Virus record (IMG/VR): IMGVR_UViG_2541047681_000003
Direction: 5' to 3' (one strand)
Origin: a virus
Lineage: Duplodnaviria; Heunggongvirae; Uroviricota; Caudoviricetes
DNA: 13,070 nucleotides
Shown one piece after another: positions 7,881 to 13,070 of this stretch; position 1 is the stretch's first letter, and every line of letters starts with the position of its first letter. The notes beneath the pieces were generated by a model. The model was not told the origin of the DNA and did not search any database. It was given only the letters and a program-made list of their open reading frames with translations. Position numbers and translations under genes: made by a program.

Positions 7881-8150
7881 ATGAAATCCACCACAGGTAT
7901 CAACCAGCAAATCAGCAAAGTGCAGTCAGCCATTATGGCGCTTAAGGCGACGAACACGGATGTACAAAGCATCACCATCAGGGGTAACAAACCTGTCATC
8001 CGCGTTTCCCGGAGTGCGCATTGCATGCGCATGCTTGAGCAGGGAAAGGCCTGTTATCTGTATACCGGTCATGACCACAGGGGACATTTCCGTCAGGGCG
8101 TTTTCGAACTGCACGGCTGTCGCGTCGTGTGGCCGGAATCTTTGTGGTAA
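7881..8150 (+). CDS. Hypothetical small protein (89 aa), Cys/His-rich C-terminal half
   Basis: Starts 2 bp after the ATPase stop. Sits where Mu has kil, but no sequence similarity could be established. Confidence 0.5.
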   Translation: MKSTTGINQQISKVQSAIMALKATNTDVQSITIRGNKPVIRVSRSAHCMRMLEQGKACYLYTGHDHRGHFRQGVFELHGCRVVWPESLW

Positions 8151-8177
8151 TCAGCACAACAGGAGGAGTCATAAAAT

Positions 8178-8708
8178 ATGGCAAAAAGTACAAAAGGGGC
8201 AAAACGTATCAAAGCCGCAGCAGCACTCTGGGTGCCGGGGACACGCGAAGAGGTCATTGAGGGAATCAGACTGCTTGGTGACGCGCAACGTGAACTGGTC
8301 AGGGCTGAAACAGAAATGAATGACACCATTGGCGACATCACTGCACGTTATGCCCCGCTCACCGAGAGCCTGAAAAAACGCATGGCCGAACTGCAGTCCG
8401 GTATCCAGACATGGTGTGAGGCGCACCGTGATGAACTGACCGGCAACGGGAAGGTGAAGTTCGCTAACCTCACCACCGGCGAGGTGCAGTGGCGAAACCG
8501 TCCGCCGTCAGTCAGCATTCGCGGGGCGGATAATGTTATTGAATTACTGAGACGTCTGGGGCTTGAGCGCTTTATTCGTGTAAAGGAGGAAATAAATAAA
8601 GATGCCATTCTGAATGAAAAAGAGGCTGTGAAAAATATTCCCGGTATTACCATAAAAAGTGATATTGAGGATTTTTCAATAATTCCTTTTGAGCAGGATG
8701 TGCAGTAA
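8178..8708 (+). CDS. gam: Host-nuclease inhibitor protein Gam (Mu Gam family)
   Basis: AGGAGGAG RBS. Length and sequence (RLETEMND-like AETEMNDTIGDITARYAP, WCEAHRDELT, SVSIRGADNVIELLRRLGLERFIR, ITIKSDIEDFSIIPFEQ) closely follow Mu Gam as I recall it. Confidence 0.85.
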   Translation: MAKSTKGAKRIKAAAALWVPGTREEVIEGIRLLGDAQRELVRAETEMNDTIGDITARYAPLTESLKKRMAELQSGIQTWCEAHRDELTGNGKVKFANLTTGEVQWRNRPPSVSIRGADNVIELLRRLGLERFIRVKEEINKDAILNEKEAVKNIPGITIKSDIEDFSIIPFEQDVQ

Positions 8709-8750
8709 ACACACCACGTTAATTATTTAATAAAAACATTTTCTTTTTTA

Positions 8751-8787
8751 TTCCGGCGTCAGCGCCGCGGGCTTCTGCACGCCGGAA
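8751..8787. repeat. GC-rich inverted repeat TTCCGGCGT / ACGCCGGAA (9-bp arms, 19-nt loop) in the gam-downstream gap
   Basis: Read directly from the sequence. Preceded by an AT-rich tract, with no T-run after it on either strand. Confidence 0.5.
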
Positions 8788-8805
8788 ACAGAGGAGAATT
8801 AAATT

Positions 8806-9000
8806 ATGATATTTAAATGTATTCAGTGCGAGAGGGATATAACAGCCCTGCGTTTTCACAGCGCCATCGCCGTGATGTCCGGTAAGTATCACATACCTGC
8901 AGTACGTGTCACCCTGGTCTGCCCGTACTGCAGCCAGCATTTTTCGGCGGACGTGCCCGTCATAGAATTCTCCCGCCCTGACAGGGAGGACGCGCAATGA
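8806..9000 (+). CDS. Small zinc-ribbon-like protein (64 aa)
   Basis: GGAG RBS. Two CxxC pairs (CIQC ... CPYC). Confidence 0.5.
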   Translation: MIFKCIQCERDITALRFHSAIAVMSGKYHIPAVRVTLVCPYCSQHFSADVPVIEFSRPDREDAQ

Positions 9001-9269
9001 TTACCCCACAGGAAGCACGACAGCGCACCCGAACTCTTGTTGAACACTATGTCAACGAGTGTGAATGCCGCGACCTCACCGATGTGAAGCACGTCCTGAC
9101 GGCGCTAATCAGCATGGCCACACAGGCCATTGTGGCGACCAACGGAAAGGAGGCTGCCCTGCAGGTACTGATGAACACACTCACCCACACGGCAGAGCAT
9201 GAGGTGCCGTACCGGATGGAAACCACTGCAGAAGGCGGCCTGCACATCACCGTCAGCCGGAAGCACTGA
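8997..9269 (+). CDS. Hypothetical protein (90 aa)
   Basis: ATGA overlap with the upstream stop suggests translational coupling. No motif recognised. Confidence 0.45.
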   Translation: MITPQEARQRTRTLVEHYVNECECRDLTDVKHVLTALISMATQAIVATNGKEAALQVLMNTLTHTAEHEVPYRMETTAEGGLHITVSRKH

Positions 9270-9278
9270 GGGCGCGGC

Positions 9279-9575
9279 ATGACACGAAACACCGAACTCA
9301 CCCGCACCGCCCTCTACCGTCTGGCCCTGCAGCGTTTCGGGCCGGACGCACAGGCCCTGAAACTGACAGAAGAGGCCGCTGAACTGGCGGCCAGTGCTGC
9401 CCGCAATCTGAACGGACAGGGCAGCGAAAGTGACCTCGCGGCAGAGCTGGCAGACGTGGAAATCATGACAGAGCAACTGCGCCTTCAGGGGATGGACCGG
9501 CTGATTGACTTCCACAAACAGAAAAAACTGGAACGTCTGGCTGCACGACTGGGCGTGATTTACACGAACGAGTAA
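9279..9575 (+). CDS. MazG-like nucleotide pyrophosphohydrolase (small all-alpha NTP-PPase)
   Basis: GAGGG RBS. EEAAELAASAARN ... ELADVEIMTEQL fits the E-x2-E ... E-x2-D metal-binding pattern of MazG-like proteins. Confidence 0.5.
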   Translation: MTRNTELTRTALYRLALQRFGPDAQALKLTEEAAELAASAARNLNGQGSESDLAAELADVEIMTEQLRLQGMDRLIDFHKQKKLERLAARLGVIYTNE

Positions 9576-9589
9576 CCGGGAGGCATTCA

Positions 9590-9805
9590 ATGGCTGACAT
9601 ACTCAGGGAAATCACCGCATGGACACTGATTCTTACTGGCCTGGCGACATGCCTCAGTGCGGGGGCAGCCCTGGCTGCCCTGCTGATGCACATAACAACA
9701 CAGTGGTTATGGGAAAAGCTTAAAGCAGCATACAGCCTGAAAGAGCTGTCCGACGCTGTCCGGGCATGGAAACGGCAGAAAAATACCGGAGATACAGAAC
9801 AATGA
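9590..9805 (+). CDS. Small membrane protein (71 aa, one predicted TM helix)
   Basis: GGGAGG RBS. Hydrophobic stretch ITAWTLILTGLATCLSAGAALAALLM. Confidence 0.45.
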   Translation: MADILREITAWTLILTGLATCLSAGAALAALLMHITTQWLWEKLKAAYSLKELSDAVRAWKRQKNTGDTEQ

Positions 9806-10485
9806 CAGACCAGAATAAACACATTGAGAAACTGAAAAAGTTGCTGGCGCTGGCCGCATCCGGCAACCCGCACGAGGCCGCTCTGGCACTGCGCCGAGCC
9901 CGTAAACTGATGGATGTTCACGGCATCACACATTCCGACATTGCTATGAGTGATATTGATGAAACCATCAGTCATTACTGGCCGACAGGCAGTCTCCGTC
10001 CACCGCGCTACATGCTGGGCCTGATGAACATCATCCGCGAGGCATTTGGTGTTAACTCCATCATTCACCCCGGCACGCATCCGTCTGTGGGGTTCTACGG
10101 TAACCGGGAACGAGCGGCACTGGCTGCGTACACCTGGGAAGTGCTGGTCCGCCAGCTGAAAAAGGCGCGTCAGCAGTATATCAGCGCACAGAACAAAAGA
10201 ATAAAAAACGCCACCCGTACCAGCCGTGGAGACCAGTTTGCTGAAGGCTGGGTACTGGCCGTTATCAGTGAAATACAGTCCTTTGCCCTGACCGATGATG
10301 AGCGTGAACTGATGCAACAGTGGCTGGAACATAAATACCCGCAGACGCAAACCACCAGGGCGCGTAAACCGGGAAGAAGCCGCAATGGCGACGCCTCGCG
10401 CTATGCGGGGTTTCGTGAAGGGCAGAACGTCAGACTGCACCGCCCGGTCAGTGGGCAGGAACAACAGAAACTGGAGGCCAGATGA
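9802..10485 (+). CDS. Phage protein with DUF2786-like N-terminal motif (227 aa)
   Basis: Start at internal ATG 9802, overlapping the upstream stop as ATGA. KHIEKLKKLLALAASGNPHEAALALRRARKLMDVHGIT resembles the DUF2786 signature as I recall it. Confidence 0.5.
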   Translation: MTDQNKHIEKLKKLLALAASGNPHEAALALRRARKLMDVHGITHSDIAMSDIDETISHYWPTGSLRPPRYMLGLMNIIREAFGVNSIIHPGTHPSVGFYGNRERAALAAYTWEVLVRQLKKARQQYISAQNKRIKNATRTSRGDQFAEGWVLAVISEIQSFALTDDERELMQQWLEHKYPQTQTTRARKPGRSRNGDASRYAGFREGQNVRLHRPVSGQEQQKLEAR

Positions 10486-10712
10486 TTACGCTATCAGGTA
10501 AAAGCCGGAAATTAAAAGCCTGCCGAATATCTGCCAGATACCTTTTTGCCCGCGCCTTTTTTAAGAACGTCAGGCCGGGGATCACAATTGGTGTTATTGC
10601 CGGACGCGAACAGGTTGAAAAATACATGTCAGGTGCATGGTGGAATAACGACCCTGTCATTGCTGCCCGTAATATTCATATCGAATGGGGAGGTATTCAG
10701 AATGACTACTGA
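10482..10712 (+). CDS. Hypothetical protein (76 aa)
   Basis: ATGA overlap with the upstream gene. Basic N-terminus. No motif recognised. Confidence 0.4.
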   Translation: MITLSGKSRKLKACRISARYLFARAFFKNVRPGITIGVIAGREQVEKYMSGAWWNNDPVIAARNIHIEWGGIQNDY

Positions 10713-10908
10713 AACCATTGTCTGTTTTCTTTTCTGGTATATGTACGCAGGATCATGCAGCGCAAGACTTCATCGTTCCCTGGGCTATGGCAGGCACTAC
10801 GACACCGCGCATTACATCCTGTACATGACCGCCGTCATGTTGTTCTGGCCAGTCACCCTGCCAGCTGCAACCGACATTGTTGCCGACAGACTGAAAAAAA
10901 GGAGATGA
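10702..10908 (+). CDS. Small membrane protein (68 aa)
   Basis: Internal ATG of ORF 10546..10908 with GGGGAGG RBS. Hydrophobic stretches IVCFLFWYMYAG and ILYMTAVMLFWPVTL. Confidence 0.4.
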   Translation: MTTETIVCFLFWYMYAGSCSARLHRSLGYGRHYDTAHYILYMTAVMLFWPVTLPAATDIVADRLKKRR

Positions 10909-10909
10909 T

Positions 10910-11359
10910 ATGCAGAAAAAACGCCTGATACAGCTTATCCATATTGCCCGTAATGAACTGGGTATGGATGAAGACACCTACCGCCAGATGTTACAGGGGC
11001 TGACCGGTAAAGCCTCAACCAAAGGAATGGATACCACACAACTAAACTGCGTGCTGGAATCCATGAAAAAGAAAGGCTTTCGCGTTAAACCAGCCAGAAA
11101 AGCCAGCTCCGGTTTACCGCTGGATAACCATCCGCAGTCCAGGAAAATTCGTGCGCTATGGCTTGAAATGGCTGCTGCCGGCATTGTTCGTGACCGTTCA
11201 GAAAATGCATTAGCGCGGTGGATCAAGCGGGAAACGGGCATCAGCGCCCTGCGCTGGCTCAATACTGAACAGGCAAGCAGTGTTATTGAGAAACTGAAGA
11301 AGTGGCAGCACAGAGCTGCGGGAGTAAAACATGAGCGACCTGAATCAGTTTCGAAGTAA
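10910..11359 (+). CDS. gemA: GemA-like protein (Mu gp16 family)
   Basis: AGGAG RBS. N-terminus KKRLIQLIHIARNELGMDEDTYRQML resembles Mu GemA (KAQLIAKIHIAKKQLNMDDDTYRAML as I recall it). Lies immediately upstream of the Mor-like gene, as in Mu. Confidence 0.65.
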   Translation: MQKKRLIQLIHIARNELGMDEDTYRQMLQGLTGKASTKGMDTTQLNCVLESMKKKGFRVKPARKASSGLPLDNHPQSRKIRALWLEMAAAGIVRDRSENALARWIKRETGISALRWLNTEQASSVIEKLKKWQHRAAGVKHERPESVSK

Positions 11360-11729
11360 AGGGCCGGAACTCCTGGTGGAGCTGGCACAGCATACCTCTG
11401 AGACCGTTCGCGAGATTATTGATATTGAGCCCGCAATTGCCGACCAGATTGGTCAGGCCGTCGCGAACCGAATGATGCAGGTCTGGGGCGGGCAAAACGT
11501 TTATTTCCCGATGGGCATGGTATGGAAGGTCAGTCAGCGCGACCGGGAAATCTTCAGGGAGTTTAACGGACGCAACCACCACGAACTGGCCCGCAAGTTT
11601 GGTGTTTCGCTTCAGTGGGTCTACAGCGTGGTTAAGCGGGTCAGAAAAGAAGAACTGGATCGGATGCAGGGCAGGTTGTTTGATGAAGATCTGCCAGAGG
11701 AGACGAAAGACGTTAACAAATCCAGATAA
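11331..11729 (+). CDS. mor: Mor-like transcriptional activator (Mor/C family)
   Basis: GGGAG RBS. C-terminal HTH region REFNGRNHHELARKFGVSLQWVYSVVKRVR resembles Mu Mor (NDFNGRNVSELTTRYGVTFNTVYKAIRRMR as I recall it). Last gene before the terminator. Confidence 0.7.
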   Translation: MSDLNQFRSKGPELLVELAQHTSETVREIIDIEPAIADQIGQAVANRMMQVWGGQNVYFPMGMVWKVSQRDREIFREFNGRNHHELARKFGVSLQWVYSVVKRVRKEELDRMQGRLFDEDLPEETKDVNKSR

Positions 11730-11771
11730 TTCCTGCTTGTTAAAGTCCTTTCAAAAATCTCCTTATTGTAT

Positions 11772-11805
11772 AAAAGCACGGTAGACCCCTTACCGTGCTT
11801 TTTTT
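11772..11805 (+). terminator. Rho-independent terminator ending the early operon
   Basis: Stem GCACGGTA / TACCGTGC with 7-nt loop GACCCCT, followed by seven T residues, preceded by AAAA. Located 43 bp after the mor stop. Confidence 0.8.
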
Positions 11806-11843
11806 ATGCTCTCTCTTTAGTATTCAGGATGCAGGGAGAAAAT

Positions 11844-12476
11844 ATGTTTGACGTTTCGTTGTTAAATCTGCCATGGGCAACACTGGTGACCCTGACCAGT
11901 GGCTATATTGGGTATTTTATTGCGAATGTGGGACTGAAGGATCACCACAAGCCCATTGAGGTGACTTTTTCTTCGCTGATTTTTGGCCTGACAGCAATGA
12001 TGGCTTACCAGGCTGTTATGTGGGCAGGTCTGAATGCCTGGCTGGCAACACCACCAGCACTTCTGTGTGCCGTTACATGCGGTGCGTGGTGGCGCAGGTA
12101 CGGTCGCAAATGGATGTACAGATTACTGTGGAATAATGATGTTTCATGGTCTGACGATACCAGCTCAGCATGGCAGGCAATGTTTGATCAAACAGGCTTC
12201 AGCGTTACCGAGGTCAGAGTGATTCTTCGCGATGGTTCCGGTATGATGTCACGGCTGCCAGGGAACTTTGAAGAGTGGCCTAACGGTCCGTTTACCCTGG
12301 GGAATAAAGGCGATATGGTTCTTTACGTCACGCACAGCAGCCCTTCAGGCAGTAACGAATGGGAAGAGTATAAAGGCGTGGTTGATAAGTACTGGGGAGC
12401 TCTGGCAACCTATATTCCAGCAGATCAGATTGCCAGAGTGGAGATCAGGCGCGTTCGTGCAACGAACGATGAATGA
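11844..12476 (+). CDS. Membrane protein of unknown function (210 aa): about three N-terminal TM helices plus a soluble C-terminal domain
   Basis: ATG at 11844 with GGGAG RBS. The ORF-track start at 11766 would read through the terminator hairpin. Hydrophobic stretches WATLVTLTSGYIGYFIANVGL, SSLIFGLTAMMAYQAVMWAGL and PALLCAVTCGAWW. Confidence 0.55.
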   Translation: MFDVSLLNLPWATLVTLTSGYIGYFIANVGLKDHHKPIEVTFSSLIFGLTAMMAYQAVMWAGLNAWLATPPALLCAVTCGAWWRRYGRKWMYRLLWNNDVSWSDDTSSAWQAMFDQTGFSVTEVRVILRDGSGMMSRLPGNFEEWPNGPFTLGNKGDMVLYVTHSSPSGSNEWEEYKGVVDKYWGALATYIPADQIARVEIRRVRATNDE

Positions 12477-12720
12477 TGTTTATTTTTTCCCTGGGGCAGG
12501 GGCTGCCGGCATAGTGGTTTTATTGGCAGAGGAAGACGATTCTCCTTTTCTACCGGAATCGCGCTCGAACGTCACGATGTGCTTGCTTTTGGGCTTTTCT
12601 GAGTAATCCAGGCTATCATGCTTATTGTTTTGAGTAGTCATTGGAATCATCCTTTTTGTTGCGGGTCATGTTTCAGCAAACTCGATTCTAAGTTGCCAGG
12701 AAGGATGATTTCAATGCCCG

Positions 12721-12837
12721 ACTTATCTATCGTATAGCGGAAAAGAATTTCAGTTCTGTTCACCAGAACCCATGTTAACCCACTCCAATTCGTTATTTAT
12801 CTCACGGATCCCCCTTCATTTATCTCATGTCTGATCA
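12721..12837. repeat. Terminal non-coding region with direct repeats ATTTATCTCA (12795..12804 and 12818..12827) and a degenerate copy ACTTATCTAT (12721..12730); candidate transposase-binding sites at the element's right end
   Basis: Repeats read directly from the sequence, two perfect copies 23 bp apart. Element-side sequence ends ...TCTGATCA (CA at 12836..12837) next to host kefC-derived sequence. No ORF on either strand between 12607 and 12837. Confidence 0.5.
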
Positions 12838-13070
12838 CTTTGTGGATCGAGTTCGAGGCCGATAATAAACAGCATCAGCACCACGCCAATCTCGGCAAAG
12901 TGCAGAATAGATTCGGCATCGGTCACCAGTCGCAGCCCCCACGGGCCAATAATGCAGCCGGCGATCAGGTAGCCAAGAACCGATCCCAGACCGAGACGTA
13001 CCGCAATGGGAACAATCAGCGCCGCCGAACCGAGATAAATCAGCGCCTGAATAAGCGTATGGCTATCCAT
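12838..13070 (-). pseudogene. kefC: kefC 5' fragment: first ~78 codons of the glutathione-regulated K+ efflux gene, then unrelated sequence and a stop
   Basis: Translation [77 protein letters not shown] matches the E. coli KefC N-terminus as I recall it. The reading then becomes SDQT-stop instead of RLWKL.... Junction uncertainty is about 3 bp. Confidence 0.75.

Larger units (their letters stand above)
1..12837. mobile_element. Mu-like transposable prophage/element, right-hand portion; left end lies outside the window, right terminus near 12837
   Basis: Gene order matches Mu early region: leftward repressor, then rightward ner-like, DDE transposase, AAA+ ATPase, Gam, GemA-like, Mor-like, and a terminator. 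Terminal non-coding region has direct repeats and ends ...TGATCA, abutting a truncated kefC. No terminal motif (TGAGATAAAT on + strand) was found elsewhere in the window, so the left end is not present here. Confidence 0.6.

Noticed and set aside
8751-8787. GC-rich hairpin as an intrinsic terminator
   Set aside because: No T-run follows the stem on either strand and the loop is long (19 nt); kept as an unexplained structure, not a terminator.
9463-10464. 333-aa minus-strand ORF overlapping several early genes
   Set aside because: Runs antisense to a tightly coupled plus-strand gene series; low-complexity Ala/Arg-rich translation typical of GC-rich shadow frames.
10546-10701. N-terminal extension of ORF 10546..10908
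   Set aside because: Overlaps the preceding gene in another frame with no RBS; the internal ATG at 10702 has a strong GGGGAGG RBS.
11766-11843. N-terminal extension of the membrane-protein ORF starting at 11766
   Set aside because: It would be translated through the intrinsic terminator hairpin and T-tract; the ATG at 11844 has a proper GGGAG RBS.
12469-12606. Possible 45-aa ORF (MNDVYFFPGAGAAGIVVLLAEEDD...) overlapping the stop of the membrane-protein gene
   Set aside because: No recognisable RBS, short, and not otherwise supported; could be real but cannot be backed from sequence alone.
1-13070. CRISPR arrays, tRNA or rRNA genes
   Set aside because: No regularly spaced repeat array and no tRNA-like or rRNA-like sequence were seen on either strand.

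Overview
Most of this window (1 to about 12837) is the right-hand part of a Mu-like transposable prophage or element, ending at a junction inside the host kefC gene. The main candidate for a novel system is a leftward, AT-rich three-gene block: an XRE-type repressor (2981..3388) followed by an NdpA/YejK-like protein (1903..2910) and a 401-aa membrane protein (695..1900). This has the same layout as lambda cI-rexA-rexB, so I propose it as a lysogen-expressed exclusion or defence module; it is unproven. Rightward from the repressor lies a Mu-like early operon: a strong sigma70-like promoter with an operator-like inverted repeat, ner-like, a winged-helix protein, a 303-aa protein, a DDE transposase, an AAA+ transposition ATPase, Gam, several small accessory genes, GemA-like and Mor-like, then a clean intrinsic terminator. 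After the terminator there is one membrane-protein gene, then about 230 bp of non-coding DNA carrying direct repeats (ATTTATCTCA) and ending in ...TGATCA. No late or structural genes lie between mor and this end. The left edge of the window cuts a Dam-like adenine methyltransferase gene, so the element's left end is not visible. All protein family calls rest on motifs read by eye and remembered family sequences, with no database search run. Internal start codons were placed by arithmetic from the ORF track.
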